A stretch of 64,000 nucleotides of DNA from Gemmatimonadaceae bacterium. GTDB taxonomy: Bacteria > Gemmatimonadota > Gemmatimonadetes > Gemmatimonadales > Gemmatimonadaceae. The notes below the pieces were generated by a model, which was not told where the DNA came from, ran no database searches, and worked only from the letters and a program-made list of their open reading frames with translations. Made by a program: the position numbers and the translations under genes. The stretch lies in contig JBJMOW010000005.1 in the NCBI GenBank assembly GCA_045803545.1, positions 1 through 64,000 of the forward strand, given 5' to 3'. Below are positions 22,910-32,423 of this stretch, in pieces (within the stretch, counting starts at the first letter, position 1; every line of letters begins with the position of its first letter).

Positions 22910-23556
22910 ATAAGAACAGCGAGCAATTTCCCCGTAGCGCGAGGCTCGCGCTTCTGCTCGGCAAGGGAGTGTTGCGCGCCCTCGGCCACACATGGCGCAT
23001 ACGCTGCGTGAACAGCGAATCGTGGGAGGCAATACGCCGGGCGAAACGCGGCTTCATTTTTTCGCTTTGGCACGGTCAGCTGTTGCCGCTCCTTTGGCAG
23101 CACCGGGGCGAGGGCGTCCTGGTTCTGATCAGCGAGCACAAGGATGGCGAGTTGGTCGCACGTGCTGCGACATCGCTTGGCTACGGACTCATACGGGGAT
23201 CGAGCAGCCGAGGCGCCGATCGGGCTTTGATCTCCATGAGTCGCGAGCTCGAGGCCGGCAAGGAAGTGGCGATCACTCCAGACGGGCCAAAAGGACCTTC
23301 GCAGAAATACGCGCCTGGCGCGCTCGTCGCTGCACAGCGCTCGGATTCGTTCATCGTTCCGATAGGTGTGACTGCCGATCGCGCGTGGCGTCTGCGCAGC
23401 TGGGATCGTTTTATGATTCCAAAACCCTTCGCGCGCGTGACAATCGCGTATGGTGAGCCAACAAAAGTCACGGCCTCGTCACCGCGCGCCGCTGCCAAAG
23501 AAGGACCGCGGTTCGAGCAGCTGATGGCGGACGCAGGTCGGATGTCGGGTGGCTGA
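22906..23556 (+). CDS. DUF374 lysophospholipid-acyltransferase-like protein (LpxJ-like)
   Basis: WHGQL, LISEHKDGE, IRGSSSRG, AITPDGPKGP, SWDRFMIPKPF; between lpxB and lpxK. Confidence 0.85.
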   Translation: MNKNSEQFPRSARLALLLGKGVLRALGHTWRIRCVNSESWEAIRRAKRGFIFSLWHGQLLPLLWQHRGEGVLVLISEHKDGELVARAATSLGYGLIRGSSSRGADRALISMSRELEAGKEVAITPDGPKGPSQKYAPGALVAAQRSDSFIVPIGVTADRAWRLRSWDRFMIPKPFARVTIAYGEPTKVTASSPRAAAKEGPRFEQLMADAGRMSGG

Positions 23557-24607
23557 TATAGCCCAGCGCACCAGAAAGTTTGTCGAGAGCGTCTGGGCTG
23601 GACGCGGCAAGCGCGCGCGCCTGATACGCACACTGCTAACACCGGCCGAAGCACTGTACGCCGTTGCCGCCACAGGTCGCGCGAAGTTCTACGCCTGGCG
23701 GTTACTGAAGGCGGAAGAATTTTCCGTTCCGGTGCTGAGCATCGGCAACATGACTGTCGGCGGGACAGGGAAGACTCCAGTCGCAGCGTGGTTCGCGCAG
23801 CAGCTGCGCCAACGCGGGATGCAGCCGGCGATTGTGCTGCGCGGTTACGGCGGTGACGAGACCAGAGTTCACGAGCGACTCAATCCGGGAGTGCCGGTGA
23901 TCGCGGCCGCGGACCGAGTCAGGGGCATTCGCGAGGCGATTGCCCATGGCGTCGACGTCGTTGTGCTCGACGACGCGTTTCAGCATTTGCGCGCGAGTCG
24001 GGACGCTGACGTCGTTCTGGTGAGCGCGGATGCCTGGTCGGGCAGACCACGCCTGCTTCCGGCTGGCCCCTGGCGCGAGCCGCTGCGATCGGCGCGGCGC
24101 GCGAGTCTGCTCATCGTCACACGGAAGGTTGCGACCGAACAGACCGTTGACGAAGTAAAACGCGCGCTGACGAATGCGGCCCCGCGAGTGCCGGCGGCAG
24201 TCATCTATCTTGGTCCGGCCGGTTTCACGAGCACTTCGACGGGTCAGACTTTGCCGCTGCAGACACTCAGCGGTGCTGACTTGACTGCCATCGCCGGCAT
24301 CGCACATCCTGACACTTTCTTCCGGCAATTAACCGAGCTCGGTGCGATTGTCAGGCCGTTCAGTTTCCCCGACCACCACGACTTTACCCATGCTGAGGCT
24401 GAGCATCTGGCAGCAGAGGCAAGTAATTCTGATTTCGTGGTTTGCACCCTCAAGGATGCAGTCAAACTGGAGGCGTTGTGGCCTGCCGACGCGGGGTCAT
24501 TATGGTATGTTTCACAACGTCTGCGAATCGAGGAAGGCAAGCACCACATCGAGCGTCTGCTCGATGATTTTTCGTCTTTAGGCACGGCACACCCGCCACA
24601 GAACTAA
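23549..24607 (+). CDS. lpxK: Tetraacyldisaccharide 4'-kinase
   Basis: SIGNMTVGGTGKTP, RGYG, LDDAFQH, LLPAGP.RE, FPDHH, KDAVK. Confidence 0.94.
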   Translation: MADIAQRTRKFVESVWAGRGKRARLIRTLLTPAEALYAVAATGRAKFYAWRLLKAEEFSVPVLSIGNMTVGGTGKTPVAAWFAQQLRQRGMQPAIVLRGYGGDETRVHERLNPGVPVIAAADRVRGIREAIAHGVDVVVLDDAFQHLRASRDADVVLVSADAWSGRPRLLPAGPWREPLRSARRASLLIVTRKVATEQTVDEVKRALTNAAPRVPAAVIYLGPAGFTSTSTGQTLPLQTLSGADLTAIAGIAHPDTFFRQLTELGAIVRPFSFPDHHDFTHAEAEHLAAEASNSDFVVCTLKDAVKLEALWPADAGSLWYVSQRLRIEEGKHHIERLLDDFSSLGTAHPPQN

Positions 24608-24616
24608 CAGCACATC

Positions 24617-25924
24617 ATGGCAACCGATTACCGAGTTCCCGGCAATAAGCTCGTCAGGCCCGATAAAGACCGCTTTCTAAACGAAGAGAACCCGTTCGAA
24701 GCGATGATGTCTCGCTTCGATAAAGCCGCCGAGCTCCTGGACCTCGAGCCGGGCATGTACAAGGTGCTGAGGCAGGCCGAGAAGCAGATCATCGTGTCGA
24801 TCCCGGTGATGATGGACAACGGTCAGATCGAGGTGTTCGAGGGATACCGGGTTCTTTACAACACGTCACGCGGACCGGCGAAGGGCGGAATTCGATTCGA
24901 TACACAGGTCACACTGGAAGAAGTGAAGGCGCTCGCAGCATGGATGACCTGGAAGTGCGCAGTGGTAAATATTCCGTTCGGAGGCGCGAAAGGCGGGGTC
25001 AGGTGTGATCCGCTGGCGATGAGCGCTGCCGAGCTCGAGAAACTCACCCGACGGTACACCTCGGGGATCATCAACATACTCGGGCCTGATTCGGACGTGC
25101 CCGCCCCCGACGTCAACACCAACGAGCGGGTGATGGCGTGGGTGATGGACACATACTCGATGCACGTCGGTCATACGACCACGGCCGTCGTCACCGGGAA
25201 GCCCGTCGAGCTCGGCGGATCCCTTGGCCGCCGCGAAGCGACCGGTCGCGGGTGCATGATCGTGACGAAGGAAGCACTCCAGCATCTGGGAATGCCGGTG
25301 AAAGGAACGAGCATTTCCGTGCAGGGCTTCGGAAATGTCGGATCGGTCGCGGCGCAGCTGCTGGCACGTGAGGGATGCAAGATCGTAGCGATCGGTGACC
25401 GTTCTGTGTCGCTGTACAATCCAAAGGGAATCGATATCGACGATGCAATCGCTCACGTAAAAAAGAACCGCTCTCTGGACGGCTACGACAAAGCGGATGT
25501 GATTTCAGGCGGCGACCTCCTAACGCTAGACGTCGATGTTCTCCTTCCGGCCGCGCTTGAAAACGTCATTACCACGCGCAACGCCGGCGAGATCAAGGCG
25601 CGAGTTATTTGCGAAGGTGCCAACGGACCGACCACTGCTGCCGCCGACTCCATTCTGGAGGAGAACGGCATTTTTGTTATTCCGGACATCCTCGCCAATG
25701 CCGGCGGCGTGACGGTATCGTACTTCGAGTGGGTGCAGGATCGCGGCGGCTACTTCTGGGCCGAGGATCTCGTTAACGAACGCCTCGAGACAATCATGCG
25801 CCGCAGTTTCCACGACGTGTTGAGCCTTTCCAAACAGAAACGCGTCAACATGCGCACGGCGTCCTATATGGTGTCGATCGATCGAGTTGCGGCCGTCCAC
25901 AAGCTGCGCGGCATCTACGCCTAA
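24617..25924 (+). CDS. gdhA: Glu/Leu/Phe/Val dehydrogenase (glutamate dehydrogenase type)
   Basis: [52 protein letters not shown]. Confidence 0.92.
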   Translation: MATDYRVPGNKLVRPDKDRFLNEENPFEAMMSRFDKAAELLDLEPGMYKVLRQAEKQIIVSIPVMMDNGQIEVFEGYRVLYNTSRGPAKGGIRFDTQVTLEEVKALAAWMTWKCAVVNIPFGGAKGGVRCDPLAMSAAELEKLTRRYTSGIINILGPDSDVPAPDVNTNERVMAWVMDTYSMHVGHTTTAVVTGKPVELGGSLGRREATGRGCMIVTKEALQHLGMPVKGTSISVQGFGNVGSVAAQLLAREGCKIVAIGDRSVSLYNPKGIDIDDAIAHVKKNRSLDGYDKADVISGGDLLTLDVDVLLPAALENVITTRNAGEIKARVICEGANGPTTAAADSILEENGIFVIPDILANAGGVTVSYFEWVQDRGGYFWAEDLVNERLETIMRRSFHDVLSLSKQKRVNMRTASYMVSIDRVAAVHKLRGIYA

Positions 25925-26389
25925 ATGCGACTGGTTGTCGCGGTCGTCGGCAAAGCCCGTCACCCCGCGCTCGGCGAAGCGATACGTGATTACGAGAAGC
26001 GAGCGGCGCGGTACTGGCCGCTCGATGTGCATGAAGTACGTGAAGAGCGCGCATCGGGCATGCCGGTCGACAAGGTGATGCAGCGAGAAGGCGATCGTCT
26101 TTCGGAGCGCATTCCGGAGCGTGCTCAGCGAATTGCATGTGAGCTTGACGGCAAGTCGTTTACGTCGATGCAGTTCGCGGATTTCCTGCGCAGCGCGCGC
26201 GACGAGGATCGGGACATCGCCTTCCTCATCGGCGGAGCGTATGGGCTCGCACCGAAAGTGACCGCGGCCTCGACGATGAAAATCTCGCTCGCGCCTTGGA
26301 CGTTGCCGCACGAAATCGCGCGCCTCGTGCTCGCCGAGCAGATCTATCGCGCCGGGACCATCGTCCGCGGCGAGCCATACAACAAGTGA
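25925..26389 (+). CDS. rlmH: 23S rRNA (pseudouridine1915-N3)-methyltransferase
   Basis: SPOUT motifs FLIGGAYGL, TLPHEIARLVLAEQIYRA..I..GEPY. Confidence 0.93.
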   Translation: MRLVVAVVGKARHPALGEAIRDYEKRAARYWPLDVHEVREERASGMPVDKVMQREGDRLSERIPERAQRIACELDGKSFTSMQFADFLRSARDEDRDIAFLIGGAYGLAPKVTAASTMKISLAPWTLPHEIARLVLAEQIYRAGTIVRGEPYNK

Positions 26390-27153
26390 CTCCGTTGGTT
26401 CGCGAACAGCCTTTCTCGAAGACTTCAGCGCAGGAGGCCGATTGGTTCGAGGAATGGTTCGGCGTCGACTATCTCCGTATTTATCAGCACCGCGATGAGA
26501 CCGATGCAGTGCGGGCAATCGCTCTCATTGAGAGCAATCTCGCGGGTCGGCGGATCGAGTCAGTGCTCGATCTGGGTTGCGGCGCTGGTCGCCACACCCG
26601 CCTTCTGGAAGAACGTTGGTGGACGGTGGGCCTCGATCTTTCCATGTCGCTGCTAAGAGTCGCCCGTCGGGAGACTGAACAGTCACCGTACGTGCGCGCT
26701 GACATGCGAGAGCTGCCGTTCACTTCCGATAGCTTCGATCTGGTAGTGAATCTGTTCACCAGCTTCGGTTACTTCGACGACGATCGTGAACACGTCCGAG
26801 TGCTGAACTGTGTCGGTGCGTCGATGACTTCGGGCGGGACGCTCGTTATCGATTTCCTGAACGCCGCGCAGGTGCGGCATTCTCTGGTTCCCTACGATGA
26901 GCGTTTCGAGAACGGCATCACCATCGAGCAACGACGCCAGATCAGCCCGGATAACCGTTTCGTCGAAAAGCAGATCACGTTGCGCGAGCGGGGAAAAGAG
27001 TACATTGAGCGGGTCCGACTGCTTTCACCCAAGGATCTCGAGCGGATGCTGATTACGGCTGGTTTTCAGGTCGTGAAGGTGTTTGGCGATTACGAGGGCA
27101 GAAACTGGTCGGAGACATCCCCCCGCACGATCATGTTCGCCAATCGCCAATGA
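26386..27153 (+). CDS. Class I SAM-dependent methyltransferase, candidate NmbA (bacillithiol N-methyltransferase)
   Basis: Start reassigned to GTG 26386; VLDLGCGAGRH, ADMRELP, NLFTSFGYF; ATGA-coupled to bshC. Confidence 0.85.
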   Translation: MTPLVREQPFSKTSAQEADWFEEWFGVDYLRIYQHRDETDAVRAIALIESNLAGRRIESVLDLGCGAGRHTRLLEERWWTVGLDLSMSLLRVARRETEQSPYVRADMRELPFTSDSFDLVVNLFTSFGYFDDDREHVRVLNCVGASMTSGGTLVIDFLNAAQVRHSLVPYDERFENGITIEQRRQISPDNRFVEKQITLRERGKEYIERVRLLSPKDLERMLITAGFQVVKVFGDYEGRNWSETSPRTIMFANRQ

Positions 27154-28736
27154 ATCCGCGCGTCGTCAGTCAAGCGCTCACGACCGGACCGCTCGCGACC
27201 GCTGCGATTTCGGGCAACGCCCGACCTGAGTGGTACGAGCAGATACCGCACGATCCCGCGTCGTGGAGTGAGCGCATCGATGCCGTTCGATCAGAATCGG
27301 CTCGCGACTGGCTCAGTCGACTGGCGCCGGCATTCGAGGCAACGGGGAAAGCGAAGGCGCGTCTGGATGCATCGGCAGACGGCCGCGGCGTGGTGGTGAC
27401 GACCGGTCAACAGCCGGGATTGTTTGGTGGCCCGATATACACGCTTACGAAAGCACTTAGCACGCTCGCTTTGGCCGATGCACTGCAACGAGCGAGCGGA
27501 ATCCCTGTCGCGCCGGTTTTTTGGGCCGCTACCGACGACACCGACTTCAAGGAAGCGAGCACTACGGTCGTGTCGATTCCTGGCGGCGCCCAGTTGCTGC
27601 GCATCGATCATGTCGGCGCACTCGGCCCGCCAATGTCGGCGATGCCACTTGGAGATGTCTCGATACAGCTGGATGCGTTGCGTAAAGGGGTCGGCTCGAT
27701 GATCGACGTTCGGCCCTTCGAGCTACTGGAAGAATGTTATCGAGAAGGGCACACAGTCGGCTCGGCCTTTGTCGGTCTGCTACGCGGGTTGTTCGAGCCG
27801 CTCGGGATCGCGGTGATCGACGCTTCTCATGCCGCAACTCGCACTGCTGCGAGAACAGTACTGGCTGGCGCTCTGGCGAGCGCCGCTGACATTGCTGAAC
27901 GGGTAGCGGAGAGGAACCGTGAGCTTGAAGAAGCTGGCTTCACTCCGCAGGTCCAGGACGTTCCCGGCCTGTCGCTCGTCTTCACAATGACGTCGGGTGC
28001 GCGGCGACGCGTTCCAATCAAAGCGGCGGCGAAACAGACTGTCACCGAAGACATGGGACCCAACGTGCTGCTCCGTCCAGTGGTGGAGCGCGCGATCCTT
28101 CCGACTGCGACATACATCGGAGGACCGTCGGAGATCGCTTACTTCGCGCAGGTATCGCCAATCGCGGATGCGCTCGGCGTTCCACGTCCTGCAATCGTTC
28201 CTCGGTGGTCGTGCACAATAATGGAGCCGCATGTCGAGAAGATTCTCGAGAAGCTGTACCTGCTGCCTGAAGATCTTCGCGATCCGCACGAAGCAGAGAG
28301 CCAGATCGCGCGGGCGCGGCTGCCACAAGCCGTGCTCGAGGAGTTGAATGCGACGCGGGTTGCTCTCGACGAGCGCATGGACGCGCTGACCGATGCGGTA
28401 CGCGCAGGGGAGGCTCCAGTCTCTCCGGCGGTGACCGGCGGGTTGCGTGCAAATCTGACCCGCCGACTGGATCGCTTCGAGCGACGGTTGGTCGCTGCAT
28501 CAAAGCGCCGGCATGCGGATCTGATGACCGAGATCGGAACTGCGCGTGGGTCGCTGTATCCGTTCGGCAAACCGCAGGAGCGTGCGTTGAACTTCGTCCC
28601 GCTACTCGCGAGATACGGCGACGGTCTGCGCAGCGATATGCTCGAAGGCGCGCGACAGCACGCATTCAACCTCGTTGGCGCGGTCGCTGAAGGTGAGCGC
28701 TCAGAGGAACCTGTCTCGGCGCGAGGACAGGCGTGA
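27150..28736 (+). CDS. bshC: Bacillithiol biosynthesis cysteine-adding enzyme BshC
   Basis: VVTTGQQPGLFGGP.YTL.KA, PVFW, PNVLLRP, YIGGPSEIAYFAQ, P.GKPQER. Confidence 0.9.
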   Translation: MNPRVVSQALTTGPLATAAISGNARPEWYEQIPHDPASWSERIDAVRSESARDWLSRLAPAFEATGKAKARLDASADGRGVVVTTGQQPGLFGGPIYTLTKALSTLALADALQRASGIPVAPVFWAATDDTDFKEASTTVVSIPGGAQLLRIDHVGALGPPMSAMPLGDVSIQLDALRKGVGSMIDVRPFELLEECYREGHTVGSAFVGLLRGLFEPLGIAVIDASHAATRTAARTVLAGALASAADIAERVAERNRELEEAGFTPQVQDVPGLSLVFTMTSGARRRVPIKAAAKQTVTEDMGPNVLLRPVVERAILPTATYIGGPSEIAYFAQVSPIADALGVPRPAIVPRWSCTIMEPHVEKILEKLYLLPEDLRDPHEAESQIARARLPQAVLEELNATRVALDERMDALTDAVRAGEAPVSPAVTGGLRANLTRRLDRFERRLVAASKRRHADLMTEIGTARGSLYPFGKPQERALNFVPLLARYGDGLRSDMLEGARQHAFNLVGAVAEGERSEEPVSARGQA

Positions 28737-30478
28737 CAGGATCGGAGTCACCCGCGAAGGACAGCTCCATCGACAACATCCTGCCGGCCGAACCGGACGA
28801 GGTAGTCGAAGCCGCGCCGCCGATCGAGCGACGCGCAACTCCTCGAACGTCAAGCCAGGCCTTCGAGCGGCACAAGGGTGCCGCTCTTCTTGTAGCCTCG
28901 GGAATTCTGCTGAGCAGACTGGCGGGACTTATTCGCCAGACGATGATGGCGCGCTATCTGGGCGCGGGCATGGCCGCCGACGCGTTCAACGCCGCGTTCC
29001 GCATCCCCAATATGCTGCAGAATCTGTTCGGTGAAGGTGTGCTGTCAGCGTCGTTCATCCCCGAATACGCGGGATTGCTGGGGAAAGGCGACGAGGAGGA
29101 AGCGACGCGCCTGGCTGGAGCTGTTGCAGGAATGCTGGCGCTGACCGCGTCGATCATCGTTCTGCTCGGCGTGTTGACGGCGCCCTGGCTCGTCGCGGTC
29201 ATCGCCAACGGATTTACCGGCGCAAAACGCGATCTAACCGTTCTGCTAACGAGGATTCTTTTCCCGGGCGCTGGATTCCTGGTGTTTTCGGCGTGGTGCC
29301 TTGGCATTCTCAACAGTCACCGCCGCTTCTTCATGTCGTACACCGCGCCAGTGGTCTGGAATCTGGCGATGGTGATGACCCTGATCCTGTTTCACAAGAA
29401 TCACAACGAGGTCGACCTCGCGGTTTATCTGGCCTACGGCTCGGTGGTGGGCAGTGCGCTTCAGTTTGCGATTCAGCTGCCGCAGGTGTTCCAGCTGGCG
29501 CGTGGTATACGGCCCCGACTTACAGCGGCTGCCGAATCAGTACGTAACGTTTTCCGCAATTTTTTACCCGCGTTCGTTGGCCGTGGCGTGGTACAACTCA
29601 GCGCGTACGTGGATGCCTGGCTCGCCAGCTACCTCGGCAACGGCGCGGTCTCCTCATTCACATATGCGCAGGCGATTTACGTTCTCCCAATAAGTCTGTT
29701 CGGAATGGCAATCTCGGCGGCCGAACTGCCTGCGATGTCGCGCGCGGTGGGCAGTACTGCCGAGATCGGTGCTTATCTGCGTGGAAGATTACGCGATGGG
29801 CTCGAGCGCATCGCGTATTTCATCATTCCGAGCGTCGTCGCACTTCTGGCGCTTGGCGACCTGATCGTGCATCTGCTGTTCGAGAGCGGCCGCTTCCAGC
29901 GGGGCAACACTATCTGGGTTTGGGAGATTTTGATTGGATCGTGCGTCGGCCTGCTGGCCTCGACGATGGGCCGCCTGTATTCGTCGACCTTCTACGCGAT
30001 GCGAGACACCCGCACTCCACTCAAGTTCGCTGTCGTGAGAGTAGTGCTGACGACAGCACTCGGCTACTTGTTCGCTCTTGTTCTGCCGCCAATGCTGGGT
30101 ATCGATCCAAAGCTTGGCGCCGCCGGACTAACCGCTTCAGCCGGAATCGCAGGCTGGGTCGAGTTTTACCTGCTGCGCCGCACGCTCGACGAACGCATCG
30201 GCAAGACGCGGTTTATTCCATCAAGGATGCTTCGCCTGTGGGTCGCCGCACTCGCGGGAGCGGCCCTGCCGTGGGCCTACAAGATCGCTGTCGATCGCGG
30301 GTCGCCGTTGCTCAGCGCGCACGAGAACGCAGTACACTCGAAACTGGCTGCGCTGGTGCTGCTGGCCGTCTACGGTTTGACCTACATCGCGCTGACCGCC
30401 GCGTTTCGAATTCCGGAAGCGGCAAACGTACTCGGGCGTGCGCGAAGGGTGCTGAGATTGCGCCGCGGCCGAGCATGA
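28733..30478 (+). CDS. murJ: Lipid II flippase MurJ (MviN)
   Basis: SRLAGLIR, ADAFNAAFRIPN...LFGEG.LSASFIP, FYAMRDTRTP; about 14 TM segments; start uncertain. Confidence 0.93.
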   Translation: MTGSESPAKDSSIDNILPAEPDEVVEAAPPIERRATPRTSSQAFERHKGAALLVASGILLSRLAGLIRQTMMARYLGAGMAADAFNAAFRIPNMLQNLFGEGVLSASFIPEYAGLLGKGDEEEATRLAGAVAGMLALTASIIVLLGVLTAPWLVAVIANGFTGAKRDLTVLLTRILFPGAGFLVFSAWCLGILNSHRRFFMSYTAPVVWNLAMVMTLILFHKNHNEVDLAVYLAYGSVVGSALQFAIQLPQVFQLARGIRPRLTAAAESVRNVFRNFLPAFVGRGVVQLSAYVDAWLASYLGNGAVSSFTYAQAIYVLPISLFGMAISAAELPAMSRAVGSTAEIGAYLRGRLRDGLERIAYFIIPSVVALLALGDLIVHLLFESGRFQRGNTIWVWEILIGSCVGLLASTMGRLYSSTFYAMRDTRTPLKFAVVRVVLTTALGYLFALVLPPMLGIDPKLGAAGLTASAGIAGWVEFYLLRRTLDERIGKTRFIPSRMLRLWVAALAGAALPWAYKIAVDRGSPLLSAHENAVHSKLAALVLLAVYGLTYIALTAAFRIPEAANVLGRARRVLRLRRGRA

Positions 30479-30495
30479 ACCGGCCTCGGGACGCG

Positions 30496-30504
30496 TGGTA
30501 TAAT
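30496..30504 (+). promoter_or_regulatory. Extended -10 promoter element (TG-G-TATAAT) 5 nt upstream of the uvrC ATG
   Basis: Perfect TGnTATAAT followed by TACAC-ATG, with no SD. Confidence 0.65.
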
Positions 30505-30509
30505 TACAC

Positions 30510-32336
30510 ATGCTCCCCGTTCCTGACCCAGTAGCAGCGAAACTTCCACACCTTCCGGACGGACCTGGCGTCTATCTCTGGAAGGGCAGGGACGGGACTA
30601 CGCTGTATGTTGGTAAGGCGAAGCGGCTGCGGTCGCGGGTTCGGAGCTATTTCTCAGGCGATCAGCTGGAAAGCGTCAAGACCCGACACCTGGTAAACCA
30701 GATCGCGGACCTCGAGACAATCGTGGTGCCAAGCGAGGCACACGCGCTGATTCTCGAGGCCAATCTCATCAAGGAGTACCAGCCCCGATTCAACATCGCG
30801 CTGCGCGATGACAAATCGTATCCGTACATCAAAGTGACGATCCAGGAGCCGTTCCCGCGCGTTTACGTCACGCGCCGCCTCGAAGACGATGGGGCGAAAT
30901 ACTTCGGCCCCTATACCGACGTCGGCTCGATGCGACGCGCTTTGAACGTGGTCAAGAAGATCTTCACCGTGCGGAGCTGCAACTACGACATGCCGGCGCA
31001 GATGCCCGAGCGTCCGTGCCTCGATTATTACATCAAGCGGTGCAAGGCGCCGTGCATACTGGCGCAAACGCAGCACGATTATCGATCGATGATCGACGAG
31101 GTCGTGCTCTTTCTCTCCGGCCGGCCTGACGAAGTGCTGAAGCGAGTGCAGGAGCGAATGGAGCTCGCGTCCGAACAGCTCGACTTCGAGCGGGCAGCCG
31201 AACTGCGCGATGTGATGCAGCACCTCGAGCGGATGGAAGAGCCAACGATCGTCATGGAGGTGGAAGGCGCCGACCGAGATGTCATTGGCTACGCTCGCGA
31301 TGGAGACGACGCTTGCGTGACCGTTCTCCGCATCAGAAGCGGCAAGCTCCTGTCTCGCGACCAGCGCTTCCTCACCAACATCGATGGTGAAGACGATGGC
31401 GAGGTGATGTCGATGTTCATGGCAGGCAGCTATGTCGGCATGCAGGAGAGAGCACGTCAGGTCCTCCTGCCGTTCGATTTCTCCGATCGGGAGCTCATCG
31501 AGCAATCTTTGCCCGACAGCAGAATCCAGATTCCGCAGCGCGGCTCTCGCCGCGAGCTGATCGATCTCGCAGAACAGAATGCGAGACATCTTCACGAAGA
31601 GCTGAAGCTGGCTTCGTCGGAAGCGGAGGAGCGCGCCGGGGATCCTGTCTATGAGCTGGGTCGTGAGCTCGGCCTTCAAAGGCTGCCGCGGTCCCTTGTT
31701 TGTTTCGACATCTCGACCGCTCAAGGGACCGACACCGTCGGATCGTGCGTCTGGTTCGAGAACGGCCGGCCCAAGCGGGCCGAATACCGGAAGTTCAGGG
31801 TGAAGACCGTGGAGGGGACCGACGATTTCGCATCGATGCACGAGGTGGTGCGGCGGTACTTCGAGCGACGGAAGAACGACGGGAGGCCGATGCCAGACCT
31901 GGTGGTGATCGACGGTGGCAAAGGCCAGCTCTCGGCGGCCCACGCGTCGCTGGAGGAGCTGTCGTTGGCAGACAGACCGTTGATCAGCCTCGCCAAGCGG
32001 GAGGAAGAGATCTTCATCTGGGGCCGTGAGGAACCGCTCCGGCTCTCGAGGCGCTCGCCGGGTCTGAGGCTCCTGCAGCAGGCGCGCGATGAAGCGCACC
32101 GGTTTGCGGTGACCTATAACAGGAAGCGCAGATCAATGCGCACTGTTACGTCAGAGCTCCTCAAAATCAGGGGGATCGGTCCGGTGAAACGGCGGGTCCT
32201 GCTCAAGGAGTTCGGTAGCGTTCAGGGTGTGCGAGAGGCTGGGGAAGACGCGATCGCCAAGCTTCCGGGGTTCAATCTGGATCGAGCGCGCAAACTGCTC
32301 GAATCGCTGTCGTCGACATCGCCGATCCCGGGATAG
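30510..32336 (+). CDS. uvrC: Excinuclease ABC subunit C
   Basis: GIY-YIG (PGVYL, YVGKAK.LR.RV.SYF), UVR, CFDIS, IDGGKGQL, RDEAHRFA, HhH. Confidence 0.96.
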   Translation: MLPVPDPVAAKLPHLPDGPGVYLWKGRDGTTLYVGKAKRLRSRVRSYFSGDQLESVKTRHLVNQIADLETIVVPSEAHALILEANLIKEYQPRFNIALRDDKSYPYIKVTIQEPFPRVYVTRRLEDDGAKYFGPYTDVGSMRRALNVVKKIFTVRSCNYDMPAQMPERPCLDYYIKRCKAPCILAQTQHDYRSMIDEVVLFLSGRPDEVLKRVQERMELASEQLDFERAAELRDVMQHLERMEEPTIVMEVEGADRDVIGYARDGDDACVTVLRIRSGKLLSRDQRFLTNIDGEDDGEVMSMFMAGSYVGMQERARQVLLPFDFSDRELIEQSLPDSRIQIPQRGSRRELIDLAEQNARHLHEELKLASSEAEERAGDPVYELGRELGLQRLPRSLVCFDISTAQGTDTVGSCVWFENGRPKRAEYRKFRVKTVEGTDDFASMHEVVRRYFERRKNDGRPMPDLVVIDGGKGQLSAAHASLEELSLADRPLISLAKREEEIFIWGREEPLRLSRRSPGLRLLQQARDEAHRFAVTYNRKRRSMRTVTSELLKIRGIGPVKRRVLLKEFGSVQGVREAGEDAIAKLPGFNLDRARKLLESLSSTSPIPG

Positions 32337-32386
32337 GCGACCCCGGGCACCGTGTTAGGTTGCGTGAGCTAACGCACGGTGAATGA

Positions 32387-32414
32387 TTGATTTCCGCCGC
32401 TGTAGCTCTAAATT
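32387..32414 (+). promoter_or_regulatory. Candidate sigma70 promoter for the DUF512-der operon
   Basis: TTGATT-16 nt-TAAATT, 9 nt before ATG 32424. Confidence 0.4.
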
Positions 32415-32423
32415 ACTTGAGCT

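Noticed and set aside
30654..32099. Long antisense ORFs (481 aa opposite uvrC; also 61086..62162, 25526..26518, 36132..37034, 48233..49042)
   Set aside because: They are shadow frames of conserved genes in GC-rich DNA with no recognisable motifs.
32348..32381. Hairpin CACCGTG...CACGGTG after uvrC as an intrinsic terminator or ncRNA
   Set aside because: The stem is imperfect, has no U-tract and matches no family I recognise; too weak to call.
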